This document shows positions 24,522 to 35,150 of a stretch of 44,033 bases of DNA, in pieces; position 1 is the stretch's first letter; each line of letters begins with the position of its first letter. This DNA is from a virus (taxonomy: Duplodnaviria; Caudoviricetes), in IMG/VR virus record IMGVR_UViG_3300037851_000268, positions 1-44,033 of that record. The stretch is one strand, 5' to 3'. The notes under the pieces were generated by a model that saw only the letters and a list, made by a program, of their open reading frames with translations, searched no databases and had not been told where the DNA came from. A program made the position numbers and the translations under genes.

Positions 24522-26531
24522 CGGCATCAGCGTCATCGTTCCCTCGACCCTCCGCGACTCCAGCGCGGCGAGTTCCCGCTGCGCGAGCGCGAGGGCCTCG
24601 GGCAGGTCGTCCGCGTTGCGCGTGAGCGCGTCCGACAACCGCCGCGCCGTCACGGCTGACACCAACTTGAAGTTCGGCGACATGATGAACTTCAACGCCT
24701 GCCGGCCGAGGAGGCCGCCGATCGCCGCGCCGCCGGCCCCGCCCATCAGCCCGCCGCGCTCGTAGCCCTGCTGCGCGCCCGTCAGGCCTCCGAGGATCGC
24801 CGACAGGCCGCCGACGTGCTGCCCGACGCGTCGCCGCGTGGTCGCCTCGACCGCGTCGCCCAGGTGCGCGTGGAAGGCGTAGTCGGCGTTCGGTCCCCGG
24901 ATCTCCGGCACGGTGTCGGCGAGTCCCTGCGCGACCGGCACGCGCGCATCGCGCGCCGCTGCGCGGTTCGCCGCCCCGAGCGCATCGACCAGGAACCCGT
25001 CGTTCTTCGCGCCGGCCGCGATGCGGTCCCACGCCTGACGCATCTTCCGTGCGTTGTCCACGCTCATGTCGGGACCGTGCGCGCGGACCTGCGCCAGCAG
25101 TCGTTCGAGCGCGTCATACATCGTCGGGTCGTGCGTGACCAGGTGGCCGGCGCTCGCGGGCGTCTGATACTCGGTCATCAGGCGTTCGATCTGCCGGATG
25201 ATCGGCGCCGTCGGCACACGCGACGGCTCGACCTCGTCGAGCACGTCGGTGAGGCCCGTGCGTCCCGTCCGCATCGCCGACCGGGCCGAGACGCTCGCGG
25301 TCGGGGCGGCGTTCGTGAGCGCGGCGGCGGTCGCGGCCGGCCGGTTCACGCGCAGGGTCTTCGTGACCTCGCTGCGGAACGTGTAGAGCACGTTCGACAC
25401 GCGGTGCGCGAGCGCGCGCACCTGCTCGGCGTTCGTGTTGGTCGGGTTCACCGCGTCAAGCTCCACGACGATGGCGTCGAGTTCCGCCTGCGCCTTCGGC
25501 GCGAGCTTCACGCCGCTCACCGTCAGCGCGCCGATCGCGCGCCGGAGTTCCGCCTTCGCCGTGCGGACCGTGTGCCCGACGTTACCCTGCCGCACGGTCG
25601 AGAGCACCGCGTCGATCCGCTGGGCGGCCGACTGCGCTTGCCCTTCGGCGTAGGCCGCGACCCCGTCCAGGCCACGCACCGCGACGTGCGAGGGCAACGC
25701 GCGCGCGACCGCCGCCGCGTTCTTCCCGACCCACGCCTTGAGTCCCTCGCGCGTCGGCGCGATGGCCTGCCCGACCATCGTCTCTGACATCCGGCCGACC
25801 CGCGTCGCGACCGGCATGACGGCTCCGCGCAGCATCGCCGCGGCGCCTGGCGTCGCGGCGCCCACCGCGGCCCCGAGTCCGGGGTCGCCCGTCTGCGCGG
25901 AGAAGAGCGCCGCGCCTTGCCCGGCCCCCGCCACGGCGCTCGGCACGCCTCGCACGGCGCGCGCCGCGAGGCGACCGGCGCGACCGGACCCCATCGCCGC
26001 TCTCACACGAGCAGCCCCCGTGGCGGCTAGTCGTGTCGAGAGGCCGGCCTGCGCGCCAGGCAGCGGCAGGAACGCGGACCCCACGTCGAGCGCCAGACCG
26101 CCGAACACTTGTCGGCCGTTGGTCGGCTGGAGTTCCTCGCCGAGCGCCGCGAACCCGCGCGCCGCGCTCGTCGCGTGCGACGTGCCGAGCAGTCGGTCGA
26201 GTGCCGGGCTGGTGGCGACCCAGTCGCTGACACGTCCGACCGGGCTGCGATAGGCGAGGCCGCCGAGGTTCGCGGCATACTGGCCGGCGCGCTTCACTGC
26301 GCCGAGTGGCACGTCGAGTTCCTGCCGCGCGCCCTGCAACCAGGTGCCCCCCGTCGCGCGCATGAGGCCGGGCAGGTCCGGCCCGTGGCCCGCCGGCACG
26401 GCGCGCGTGTTCGCGTGCGACGCGACCGGCAGTATCGGCGCAAGGTCGCCGCCGCCCGCGTCGAGCGGTTCGCCGGAGTAGGGGTCGTCGAGCGGTTCGC
26501 CCGCATACGGGTCGGTGTAGGGGTTCGGCAT
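24495..26531 (-). CDS. DNA ejection/internal virion protein
   Basis: Ala/Gly-rich helical protein, DPY N-terminal repeats, GG-rich hydrophobic segments. Confidence 0.65.
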   Translation of the reverse strand: MPNPYTDPYAGEPLDDPYSGEPLDAGGGDLAPILPVASHANTRAVPAGHGPDLPGLMRATGGTWLQGARQELDVPLGAVKRAGQYAANLGGLAYRSPVGRVSDWVATSPALDRLLGTSHATSAARGFAALGEELQPTNGRQVFGGLALDVGSAFLPLPGAQAGLSTRLAATGAARVRAAMGSGRAGRLAARAVRGVPSAVAGAGQGAALFSAQTGDPGLGAAVGAATPGAAAMLRGAVMPVATRVGRMSETMVGQAIAPTREGLKAWVGKNAAAVARALPSHVAVRGLDGVAAYAEGQAQSAAQRIDAVLSTVRQGNVGHTVRTAKAELRRAIGALTVSGVKLAPKAQAELDAIVVELDAVNPTNTNAEQVRALAHRVSNVLYTFRSEVTKTLRVNRPAATAAALTNAAPTASVSARSAMRTGRTGLTDVLDEVEPSRVPTAPIIRQIERLMTEYQTPASAGHLVTHDPTMYDALERLLAQVRAHGPDMSVDNARKMRQAWDRIAAGAKNDGFLVDALGAANRAAARDARVPVAQGLADTVPEIRGPNADYAFHAHLGDAVEATTRRRVGQHVGGLSAILGGLTGAQQGYERGGLMGGAGGAAIGGLLGRQALKFIMSPNFKLVSAVTARRLSDALTRNADDLPEALALAQRELAALESRRVEGTMTLMPSHAAALLP

Positions 26532-28129
26532 CAGGGCACCAGCGTCCACTCCGCGCCATCCCACTCGCGGATCTCCACGGCACCGGACGAGGACCGGAAC
26601 CGTCGCTTCTCGCCGACGGTCGCAGGTCGCCGCGTCGTCTGAGTCGGTGCGCCGCCAGGCTCGTAGGGGTTCGTGCCGTCACTCGTCAGCGACGACACCG
26701 ACGACTTGATCGAGTTCCGCCGGATCTCCAGGTTCTTGCGGATCAGCTTCAGGTTCGCGAGCATCGAGTCGAGCGACCAGTCCGCCTTCAGGTTCTGGGC
26801 CGCGAGCGCGAGCGAGTGGTCGGTCGAGGCGTTGCCGCCCTTGTAGACCGTGCCGAGTTCGGAGACGAGGTCCGCGATCTGCGACTCCATGCCGGCCGCG
26901 AGCGCCTGCGCGTCCTTCCCGAGCACGCCGCTGCGCGCCGCCGCCAAACGCATCCGGTTCAGCGTGGGGAACTGGCCGGCATTCCATTTCTTCACCAGGT
27001 CCTCGATCACGTCGAGCGAGTGATAGGTGAAGTCCACGGCCTGCTGCAGCCGCGCCATCTGCGGCCCGTTCATGGTGCTCAGGCGTCGCTTCGTGGCGTG
27101 GTAGTCCAGCCGCGCGCCTGACAGGTCGAACCCGCGCTGCGCGAGCACCGTCTGCACGGCCGCGCTCGCGCCGTAGAACCCGGTCATCGTCGGGTCCAGG
27201 TCGCCGCGCATGATCGCCTCGGCGAGCGCCGTCGGGTTGACCTCGCCATACTTGCTGAAGAACGAGTCGCCCGAGTGCGGCGTCCCGGCGCGCCGGCCCG
27301 CTTCCATCCAGTCGCGACGCACGGCGGCGCGCAGCCTGGCGCGCTCGGCCGGCTTCAGCGGTCCCCCCTTCGCCTCCTCCGCTTCGGCGATCTTGTCGGC
27401 GACCTGCGCCTCGAACCCTTCCCCGTCGGCCAGCGCTTTCTCGCTCTTCGGCACAAGGGGCATCCCGCCGATCTTCGCCAACTCGGCAAGCGACATCGGC
27501 TGGCCCCGGAACTGCACCGCGTAGTTGTCGGGGTCGAAGTCCTTGTCGCCCTGGCGCTCGATGCTCGCCGTATAACGCTCGAACTCCTTCTGCGCGTCGG
27601 CGCGCAGCTTCCGCGCGTAGCCGGCCGGGAGCGTCGAGCCGAGGGCGTCCACGTCCACGCCCAGCGGCGTGAGCGCCGGGCGCATCTGCTGGAGGTAGCC
27701 CTGATACTCCTCGGGCGTCTCGAACGAGGCCCCGGTCGCGATCACGTTCGAGGTGAGGTCCGCGACGTTCATCAGCCGGCGTTGTTCGTCGAGTGCGGCG
27801 CGCCGGGCCAACTCCGCGCGTCGCGTCTCGGCCGCGAGCGCGAGCGTCTCGTCCTGCATCCGGTTGCGCCGCTGGCGCTCCAGGCCGACGTTGACGCCCC
27901 CGAGCAGGCCGGCCGTCGAGGCCGGTCCCTGCTTCATCGCGAGGCCGGCGAGCGCGGCCGGGATCGCCCAGAGCAGGCCCTGCTTGATCGACTCGCCCCG
28001 CGTCGTCGGCCGACGGAACATCAGCCCCTCGCGCGGGGCCGGCAACGCCTGCGGCGCGGGCACTGACTGGAGCATCGGTGCCTCGCCGAGGGCGTCGAAC
28101 GTGTCGAGCGGGTCGTCGAAGTAGTCCAT
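26531..28129 (-). CDS. DNA ejection/internal virion protein
   Basis: Helical, N-terminal hydrophobic patch, C-terminal WDG..W module. Confidence 0.65.
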   Translation of the reverse strand: MDYFDDPLDTFDALGEAPMLQSVPAPQALPAPREGLMFRRPTTRGESIKQGLLWAIPAALAGLAMKQGPASTAGLLGGVNVGLERQRRNRMQDETLALAAETRRAELARRAALDEQRRLMNVADLTSNVIATGASFETPEEYQGYLQQMRPALTPLGVDVDALGSTLPAGYARKLRADAQKEFERYTASIERQGDKDFDPDNYAVQFRGQPMSLAELAKIGGMPLVPKSEKALADGEGFEAQVADKIAEAEEAKGGPLKPAERARLRAAVRRDWMEAGRRAGTPHSGDSFFSKYGEVNPTALAEAIMRGDLDPTMTGFYGASAAVQTVLAQRGFDLSGARLDYHATKRRLSTMNGPQMARLQQAVDFTYHSLDVIEDLVKKWNAGQFPTLNRMRLAAARSGVLGKDAQALAAGMESQIADLVSELGTVYKGGNASTDHSLALAAQNLKADWSLDSMLANLKLIRKNLEIRRNSIKSSVSSLTSDGTNPYEPGGAPTQTTRRPATVGEKRRFRSSSGAVEIREWDGAEWTLVP

Positions 28130-28138
28130 CGCTCGTCC

Positions 28139-29437
28139 TCAACGAGGGTAGAGGTAGTCGTTGTAGCTCCGACTCGGCAGGGTCGGAATGTCGAGCGCGG
28201 ACGTGGGCACCGGCGACCCGACCCCGGTGCTCGGCCAGTAGTTCGTGGTGGAGGGCAGGGCTCCCGCGCCCGTGTCCTGCCCGCCGCCGCTCATCCCACC
28301 CAGCACGCCCGGCAACCCGTAGCCGATCTGCTGGAAGAGGTTCTGCCAGTAAGCGGCCTGGCGCGCGTCGCTGTTCACCTGCCCGTTCAAGAGGTCGCCA
28401 TACTGGTTCGCGACACTCTGCTGCGACGGCACGAGGCCGTTGAGCATGGCGTAGAGGCTCGCCTGCTCCTGCTGCGCCATCGTGCGCGGCATCGCCGCGA
28501 TGTTCAGTGCCTGGAGTTGCTGCGCGAGCGCATCCGAGTATTCCTGCCGGCGCAGGTTCGCCATCCCGCTCGCGCCCGCGAGGAGGTTCTGATACTGCTG
28601 CTGCGCCGCCTGCAACGACATCTGCCCGCTCGACACGAGTGCTTGCAACCGTGCGGACTCGTTCGCGAGGTTGACCTGCGTGCCTCGGTTCGCCGCGCCC
28701 TCGCCGAACTGCGCGAGGTTGCCCGCGTAGCCCTGCGCCGCCGCGCGTCGCCGCTCGCGCTCGTTGGTCACGTATTCGTAGAGGGCCTGCCGCCCCTGCG
28801 CATCCGCGAGGCCATACGCCTTCTCGACCTCCGCGAGCGCGGCGAGCGTCGGTCCGCTGGTCGGCCCGAGGCCGCGCGCCGCTGCCTGCTCGGCCATGCG
28901 CTTGTTCGCCGTGTCGCGCGCATAGGCGTTGCCGCCGAGGTAGCGCGCGCGCAGCGCCGCATCGTCGGCGGCCGTCATCGGGTCCTGCTTCAACCGCTCG
29001 ACCTCGCTCTTGACCTCGTCCTCGTAGTACTTCGAGTAGGGGTTCGCGGCGGCGGTCGCGCGCGACTTGTAGTTCGCGAGCCGGCCGATGATGTGCTGCA
29101 ACTCGGGGCTGGTGCCCTGGTTGGTGAGCGACCGGAAGAGGCCCTCGATGTCGCCGTAGCGCGGCGCCGGCTGGTTGAACGCGCCCATCGCCTTCGTCCA
29201 CTGGGTCGCGAACGGCTGCGTCGTCGGGTCCGTGCCGAAGATGTCGGACACGGTCCATCCCGCGCCGCCGGCCGACGACGACGCGAGCGGGTTGGCGTAG
29301 CCCACCTGCGGGAAGTAACTCCGCATGTTGCCGCCCCCGCCGCCGTAGGTGTCGCCGGGCACGAACGCCGCTGACCCGCCGAACTCGTCGGAGCCCGGCT
29401 GACGGTATTCAGCGGACGTGTAGTAGGGGTTCTGCAT
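28139..29437 (-). CDS. DNA ejection/pilot protein
   Basis: Gln/Ala-rich; AAARGLGPTSG motif typical of podoviral internal proteins. Confidence 0.65.
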   Translation of the reverse strand: MQNPYYTSAEYRQPGSDEFGGSAAFVPGDTYGGGGGNMRSYFPQVGYANPLASSSAGGAGWTVSDIFGTDPTTQPFATQWTKAMGAFNQPAPRYGDIEGLFRSLTNQGTSPELQHIIGRLANYKSRATAAANPYSKYYEDEVKSEVERLKQDPMTAADDAALRARYLGGNAYARDTANKRMAEQAAARGLGPTSGPTLAALAEVEKAYGLADAQGRQALYEYVTNERERRRAAAQGYAGNLAQFGEGAANRGTQVNLANESARLQALVSSGQMSLQAAQQQYQNLLAGASGMANLRRQEYSDALAQQLQALNIAAMPRTMAQQEQASLYAMLNGLVPSQQSVANQYGDLLNGQVNSDARQAAYWQNLFQQIGYGLPGVLGGMSGGGQDTGAGALPSTTNYWPSTGVGSPVPTSALDIPTLPSRSYNDYLYPR

Positions 29438-29440
29438 GGA

Positions 29441-29821
29441 CTACTCCAAGCGACGATAGCCTCGGTGGCCGACCACGTCCTCGCGGCCCGGTGAGGCCGC
29501 GCGCGCCTGCGCCGTGCGCTTCGGGGCCTGCGTCAGCCCTTGGTAGGACTGGAGGTCCGGGTTGCGCTGCATGTAGCCCGGCAGGCGGCCGATGCTCATG
29601 CGGATCAGCGCATCGTAGAGCGGCGACGTGTTCGCGATGCGCTGCTGCTGCTGGTTCACCAGGTGCTGCGCCTGCTGGAACTGGGGATACTGCTCGATGC
29701 CCTTGGTCTTCTTCTTCCCCATGACCGCGCCGCCGAGCATCCCGGCGAGCGGCAGCAGCAGGTTCCAGAACCCGAGGCCGAACGCGACGACCCGCAGCGG
29801 TCGGAAGAACATCTCGAACAT
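29441..29821 (-). CDS. Small ejection protein (P22 gp7-like N-terminus)
   Basis: LLPLAGMLGGAVMGKKK then Gln-rich region. Confidence 0.55.
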   Translation of the reverse strand: MFEMFFRPLRVVAFGLGFWNLLLPLAGMLGGAVMGKKKTKGIEQYPQFQQAQHLVNQQQQRIANTSPLYDALIRMSIGRLPGYMQRNPDLQSYQGLTQAPKRTAQARAASPGREDVVGHRGYRRLE

Positions 29822-29825
29822 CTCG

Positions 29826-30191
29826 TCACCCCTCCACGAGCACGCGGATCGGCGCGCTCGTCGCACTCGACTTCAGGTAGATGCGCGCGGAGTCCGCCGC
29901 ACGCGACACGGTCAACGGGACGATCTGCGCGTTCACGTCGTTCAAGGGGAGCACCGGGATGAGCAGATACGGTGCGCGCCCGAGCGAGTGCGGGATCGAA
30001 AACTCGGTGTTCGCGACGGCCGGCGTCGTCGCGGCGTAGTAGTAGGCTTGCAGGTTCTCGCTGCGCTCTTCCGCCTCGGGCTGGCCGAAGCGGAGGTTCG
30101 CGAGGGCGTAGTCCCACACTTGCTGCTGGGACCGCTTGATGTCCTGCGGCAAACTGCCGTTGAGCGCGTGGATGAACGAAGGTTGCGCCAT
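29826..30191 (-). CDS. Small tail protein
   Basis: IPHSLGRAP motif; between tail and ejection genes. Confidence 0.6.
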   Translation of the reverse strand: MAQPSFIHALNGSLPQDIKRSQQQVWDYALANLRFGQPEAEERSENLQAYYYAATTPAVANTEFSIPHSLGRAPYLLIPVLPLNDVNAQIVPLTVSRAADSARIYLKSSATSAPIRVLVEG

Positions 30192-30195
30192 GGTC

Positions 30196-31002
30196 TTACG
30201 TCGCCGTCGAGATGGCCGACTGGTCGAGCACGCGCCAGTAGGTGCCGCTCGTGTCGTCATACCAGACCGCCAGCGAGTCCCCCTTGTCGAGACGCCAGGT
30301 CGCGACGGCGTCCGGCAGGTAGAAGCGGTTGGCCGCGTTGCTCCCCGCGTCATCGTGGTTGATCACGATGTCGTAGAGCGAGCAGTTGCAGAGGTAGAGC
30401 ACGCGCCCTTTGACCTGCGACGCGGAAATGCCCGTGATGATGCTGCCGCCGCCGCTGTCGCCGCCGAGGCGCACGATGACGGCATTCGCGGCCACCGCCA
30501 CGTTATGGTTCGAGGCCGCGCCGAGCGTGGCCGGCGTATCGATCCCGGTCAGCACGAGGCCACCAACGGTCAGCATCCCATTGGAGTTGAGCGAGCCGAC
30601 CACCGACTCCGACGTGCCATTGTGGTGCAGAAACCGCAGCAGGCTCGTCGAGCCACTCACGACGTAGTTGTTGAGACGCCAGAAGTAGCTGCGCGCGACC
30701 GACCCGTTGCCGCGATAGAGCGTGATACCGCCCGAGTCGGTCGCCGTCGTGTCGTAGTCGAGATACGCGCGCCCGCCCGAGTAGAGCGTCGCCGCCCACG
30801 CTTCGAGCCACTGATACAGGGCCGTGCCAATCTTGTACGTCGCGTGCGAAAACGGCAGGACCGTGTGCGTGAAGCCGTTCAACAGGCTACTCTCGACGGC
30901 GGCCACCTCGTCCTGCACGTCGTTCATGTGTTGGGCTTCGATCGACTGCCCCGTCGAGCGCGTCGTGAACGTCTTTACCGACCCCGGATAACTCGCGGCC
31001 AT
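30196..31002 (-). CDS. Tail fibre/needle protein
   Basis: MAASYP...AQHMNDVQDEVAAVE N-terminal fibre anchor; beta-rich C-terminus. Confidence 0.65.
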   Translation of the reverse strand: MAASYPGSVKTFTTRSTGQSIEAQHMNDVQDEVAAVESSLLNGFTHTVLPFSHATYKIGTALYQWLEAWAATLYSGGRAYLDYDTTATDSGGITLYRGNGSVARSYFWRLNNYVVSGSTSLLRFLHHNGTSESVVGSLNSNGMLTVGGLVLTGIDTPATLGAASNHNVAVAANAVIVRLGGDSGGGSIITGISASQVKGRVLYLCNCSLYDIVINHDDAGSNAANRFYLPDAVATWRLDKGDSLAVWYDDTSGTYWRVLDQSAISTAT

Positions 31003-31003
31003 G

Positions 31004-32881
31004 TCAGATCCCTCGGAACTGCGGCTCCGGCCGGAAGCCGATGCCGTAGGTGAACCACTTGAAGAACCCCTGCCCCGTGTAGCGCGCGCGCACCTGCACG
31101 CTCCGCCCCTCAGCCGTCAACGGCAGCTCGAACGTGAAGTAGCGCCGCGTGCCCGACCCGTAGAGGCCGGAGCCATACGTCGCGACGCCGTAGACACTCA
31201 GCGCGGAGCCGATATCGGCTGTGTGCGACGACACGAGCGCATCGTCCGCGTAGACCTCCAGACCGAACGTGCCGTCGGCCTGCTGCACCTCGCCGATGAG
31301 ATGCAGGTAGCGGCAGACGCGGAACTCGGCCGGCGCGAGCGCCGCGCCCTCGTATTCGCACACCATGTCCGCGCCGTCGGCACTCGTGCCGACGCACTCC
31401 TCGACGATCTTGCCGGCGGTCGTCATCCAGGAGAAGAGGCGACCCCGGTTGCCGGTCACCGTCTCCGCGCCGTCCCACGAGATGTAGCCGGCGATGGCGC
31501 GTGTGGTGCTCGTCCACGACGGGTCGTCCTGCAATCGCGTGCGCGTCAGGTCCAGAATCCATTCGCCAGCCGTGCCGGTCGGGTAGAGACGCGGCACCGC
31601 GACGTGGACCTCCTTGCGCGGGTCGTGGTAGACGCACGCCACCCGTTGCAGGTCTACCACCACCGTATTGCCGACCATGTCGCGCCACGCCACGTCGAGG
31701 TCTTGCGACAGCAGCCGGTCCGTCGCGCCATCGAAGATGTAGACGCCCGGCGCACTCGCGTGGATGATGCCCTGCTCGACGACACACACGGCGCGCGGAC
31801 CGAACGCCCCGGTGACGGCCCCCGACGACGGGCGCACCTCGAAGTCGAGCGAGGTCTGCCCGATGATCAGGTAGACCTTCGTGTCGCCGAAGACCGCGAG
31901 GGTGTCCCCGAGCGGCACGAGTGCGCGGATCTCGTCGCCGCGCTCGAACGGAATGTCGATGTAGTAGAGGCCCGGCACCGCCTGCGGCATGAAGACCTGA
32001 CTGAAGCGCAGCCGGTTTTTCGTGGTCGCATCCCGCAGCCACCAGCGGTTCCGCCACACGACGCCGAAGCTGACGGCCGGCGTCACCGTGTGGTCACTCG
32101 GCGCTTCGACGCCCGCCGTCCAGTTGTTCGTCGTGAGGTCGGTGGTCGTCGTCGCGTTGGTCACCTGCGTGACACGCCGCCGCACGAGTTCGCCCGCCGT
32201 CACGTCGCGCGCGTAGATGTTGATCTTCTCGACCTGCGGGTCGGCGCTGGCCGTGTGTGAGACGCGGATCGTGAGGTTCGCCCCAGACGGCGTGACCGTG
32301 GCGACCGCGCTCTCGTTGCCCTCGTAAGTGAGGCCGTCGTCCTGGTAGCTGTAACTCACCTCGTAGGTATTCCCGCTCACGAGTGACCCGCCGGCCACGG
32401 CCGACAGGCTGGGCGCGGCCGCGGGCGGCGAGATGCCAAACTGCGTCCAGGTCGTGCCGTCGGTGCTCTTCTTCGGGATGTTGGCAGAGTCACACACGCC
32501 TACGAGGTCGCGGTCGTGTGTGAAGAACACCTCGTTGTTGACGTTGAGGCCGGTCGTGACGCTCGACCCCCACACGCCCGCGTCGCTCGGCTTGTAGACC
32601 GCGCCGCTGTAGGCGGCGAGCGTGAAGGGCGTCACGCCCGCGAGGTAGATCCGCGCCGCGCCCTGGCAGTAGGTGCCGCCGAGCGAGGTCGTCGAGAGCG
32701 TGTCGAACCCAGGGTAGGGCGTCCACGCGCCCGGCTCTTGCAGCGAGACGTTGCGGAGCGTGCGCGCGCGCGACGGCTGGATGAGCGTGAGCGCCCGGCG
32801 CAGGTCGACCCCGGCGGTCATGTCGGTGACCGTCGCGTAGTCGAGTCCTGCGCCTTTCGCCTGTCGCGTCTTCGTGGGCAT
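31004..32881 (-). CDS. Tail hub/DNA stabilisation protein (P22 gp10 / T7 gp12-like)
   Basis: NVS...GAW..PG, RLRFSQ...P, GDEIRAL..LGD.L.VF, GA..P; beta-propeller-like. Confidence 0.75.
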   Translation of the reverse strand: MPTKTRQAKGAGLDYATVTDMTAGVDLRRALTLIQPSRARTLRNVSLQEPGAWTPYPGFDTLSTTSLGGTYCQGAARIYLAGVTPFTLAAYSGAVYKPSDAGVWGSSVTTGLNVNNEVFFTHDRDLVGVCDSANIPKKSTDGTTWTQFGISPPAAAPSLSAVAGGSLVSGNTYEVSYSYQDDGLTYEGNESAVATVTPSGANLTIRVSHTASADPQVEKINIYARDVTAGELVRRRVTQVTNATTTTDLTTNNWTAGVEAPSDHTVTPAVSFGVVWRNRWWLRDATTKNRLRFSQVFMPQAVPGLYYIDIPFERGDEIRALVPLGDTLAVFGDTKVYLIIGQTSLDFEVRPSSGAVTGAFGPRAVCVVEQGIIHASAPGVYIFDGATDRLLSQDLDVAWRDMVGNTVVVDLQRVACVYHDPRKEVHVAVPRLYPTGTAGEWILDLTRTRLQDDPSWTSTTRAIAGYISWDGAETVTGNRGRLFSWMTTAGKIVEECVGTSADGADMVCEYEGAALAPAEFRVCRYLHLIGEVQQADGTFGLEVYADDALVSSHTADIGSALSVYGVATYGSGLYGSGTRRYFTFELPLTAEGRSVQVRARYTGQGFFKWFTYGIGFRPEPQFRGI

Positions 32882-32890
32882 CGTCCGTCG

Positions 32891-33448
32891 TCAGTAGCCG
32901 TAGGTCGGGCCGGTCTGGTAACCGCTCGGGGGGGGCGCGCCCGGCCCGGTCGGCTGCGACTGTTGCATCTGCCGGAGGAACTCCTCGTAGCCGGGGGGTG
33001 GCCCGTAGTGGACCGGCGGCGGCAGCGATGGGCGCGTCCCGATAGGCGACTTCGCGTAACCGCCACTGAGGTGGATTCTGGGCACGTTGGGTGGTTGGTA
33101 GACCGGCGGGGCCGCCACCGGGGCGTACGGGGCGTAGGGGGCTGCGCCCAGCGGAGGACGGGGGGCCTGCGGGGCCGTCGGCGGCGCGCCCGACATCGCC
33201 GCCTCGGTGCGTCCGAGGTCCACGCCGGGCATCCCCTGCACCTTGCGGGCGATGGCCGCCGCCGCGTTGCTCCCGCCGCCGACCGCGGTCAGCAGGGAGC
33301 GCGGGACGGGCGTGCGCCCGCCGAGCACGCGCGGGAGCCGGAGCGAGAGCACCTGGACCGCCTGCTGCACCGGAGTGCCTGGCCGGGTCTGTCGCTGCCG
33401 AGTCGAGTCGGTCTGGGGCGCGTAGGACGCGCCGAACGTGTCATACAT
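32891..33448 (-). CDS. Pro-rich virion-associated hypothetical protein
   Basis: GAGG RBS; VQQAVQVLSLRLP core. Confidence 0.6.
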   Translation of the reverse strand: MYDTFGASYAPQTDSTRQRQTRPGTPVQQAVQVLSLRLPRVLGGRTPVPRSLLTAVGGGSNAAAAIARKVQGMPGVDLGRTEAAMSGAPPTAPQAPRPPLGAAPYAPYAPVAAPPVYQPPNVPRIHLSGGYAKSPIGTRPSLPPPVHYGPPPGYEEFLRQMQQSQPTGPGAPPPSGYQTGPTYGY

Positions 33449-33458
33449 CGTCGGTCCC

Positions 33459-34202
33459 TCAGTAGTAGCTGACGCGCGGGTTTGACGCCTCGCGGTCCGC
33501 GAGATACTGCTGCCGCGCCTGCTCCTGCGCAGCGGCCTGCTGCTGCGCCTGGTAGGCGGCGAACTGCGCTTGGAGTTGCCCGATCATCTGCGCCATCGCC
33601 GTGAAGTCCTGCGACGGCCCCTGTTGCGGCATCGCCTGCGCCGGGAACGCGGTCCACACAGGCAGCGGCGGCGCGGCCGGCGTCGGTGCCGCGCCGCGTC
33701 CGTTCCGCTTCAGCCATGCATACTGCGCCGCGCCCTGCCCGGTGTAGTTGCGCACGACGTCGATGTCGCGCAGGTCGCCGAAGTAGCGGTCGGGCGTGCC
33801 CTGTCCGGTGTAGACGAGCCGGTCACCCTGCGGCGTCCAGCCCTGCCACCTCGGGTCGGTCGCCTGGAACTGCGACCACGACTGTGCCCACTGGCGCGGG
33901 TCCGCGACGTGCTGCCCGAACCAGCGGCCGAACGAATACTTCGGCGAGTTCGCCGCGCCCGTCAGCTTCGCCCGGTCGAAGCCGACCAGGCGCGAGGTCC
34001 ACGACGTGTTCGGTGGCGCAGCCGTGCTCTGCGGCGTCTGGTAGGCGTTCGTGCTCGCCCAGTTCACCGGCTGCGGCTGTTCGCGCGACGGGGTCGTGGT
34101 CGCCGCGTAGGGGTTCGTGGAGGCCGCGGGCGGGCGCGTCGCGTAGGGCGAGGCGTAGCCGCCGTAGGTGTCGCCGTCGAAGCTGTAGTAGGGGTTCGCC
34201 AT
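33459..34202 (-). CDS. Hypothetical protein in tail cluster
   Basis: GGAG RBS; Tyr/Gln-rich. Confidence 0.6.
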   Translation of the reverse strand: MANPYYSFDGDTYGGYASPYATRPPAASTNPYAATTTPSREQPQPVNWASTNAYQTPQSTAAPPNTSWTSRLVGFDRAKLTGAANSPKYSFGRWFGQHVADPRQWAQSWSQFQATDPRWQGWTPQGDRLVYTGQGTPDRYFGDLRDIDVVRNYTGQGAAQYAWLKRNGRGAAPTPAAPPLPVWTAFPAQAMPQQGPSQDFTAMAQMIGQLQAQFAAYQAQQQAAAQEQARQQYLADREASNPRVSYY

Positions 34203-34204
34203 GC

Positions 34205-34366
34205 TCAGGACTCCACGGCGCACGGGCCGCGCACGTCACCGCGAAAGCGCGGTCGAGGCTCCGACACGCGCACGATCGTTGTCGAGCCGCACGTCTTACA
34301 CTCCGGCGACTCGCCGTGTGCCCACGTCTGCTGATGCCCGCACGCGAACGTGATGATGGTCTGCAT
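34205..34366 (-). CDS. Small Zn-ribbon protein
   Basis: CGH...CKTCG; TGATG coupling. Confidence 0.6.
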   Translation of the reverse strand: MQTIITFACGHQQTWAHGESPECKTCGSTTIVRVSEPRPRFRGDVRGPCAVES

Positions 34367-35139
34367 CAGATCCTCGGGTCGCCCTGCGTCAGGCCGCCGA
34401 ACGACCGCCGCCTCGACGCCTCGCCGAGGTGGTCGCGCGCGAAGACGATGGTCTGCGAGGTGCTGCGTCGCCGCTGCCGTTGGACGTAGTCGGCCACGAA
34501 CTGCCCGAACCGCTCCAACTGCATCGCGCTCCGCTCGGTGTCCTTCCGCAGCCGTTCGAGTTGCCCCGCCGCGAAGTGCGCGAGTGCCTCGTGCCACGGG
34601 CGCAGCGCGATGTAGGCGTTGCCGCTCACCGTGAACGGCTCGTCCCCGTCCGCGCTCATGTCGGCCGGCCCCGCCACGTAGGGCACGGTCAGCGTCCACG
34701 TCTCGGTGCCCGGCACCTCGGGTGCCGGCACGAGGCCGAGGACATGCACGCCCCCGTTCTGCCGGATGTAGTGCGCGACCGGCCGGCCGGCGGTCCACTG
34801 CCGCCAGCCCAGCTCGTGCCGGTTCAGCCACACGATGTCGCGACGCGGCAGGTCGTCGCCGCCGATCGACGTGACCGTCGTGCCGTCGTCAATGCTGACC
34901 TCAACGCCCTGCGGGGCGATCCACCAGAAGTCGGTGGCGCTCGACTCCAGGTCGTATTCGGCCGTGCCGTCCACGACGCTGATACTTGCCTCGCGGACGA
35001 ACGACTCCGTCGCGCGCACCCACTCCCGCTGCGCTTCGTTGATCGCGGCCTTGCGGCGCGCGGTCGTGAAGAGTTGCGTCGTGTCGGCGCTCCCGAGTTC
35101 GCGGTCGAGCGCGGCCCCGTAGAGTTCGAGGAAGGTCAC
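34366..35139 (-). CDS. Head-tail adaptor / tail tubular protein A-like
   Basis: TFLEL...AINEAQRE...GTAEYDL...L.PAP...Y...HEAL. Confidence 0.75.
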   Translation of the reverse strand: MTFLELYGAALDRELGSADTTQLFTTARRKAAINEAQREWVRATESFVREASISVVDGTAEYDLESSATDFWWIAPQGVEVSIDDGTTVTSIGGDDLPRRDIVWLNRHELGWRQWTAGRPVAHYIRQNGGVHVLGLVPAPEVPGTETWTLTVPYVAGPADMSADGDEPFTVSGNAYIALRPWHEALAHFAAGQLERLRKDTERSAMQLERFGQFVADYVQRQRRRSTSQTIVFARDHLGEASRRRSFGGLTQGDPRI

Positions 35140-35150
35140 AGTCGCTCCGT

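Noticed and set aside
26679-29258. 859-aa Arg-rich minus-strand ORF
   Set aside because: Off-frame overlap of two well-supported ejection genes
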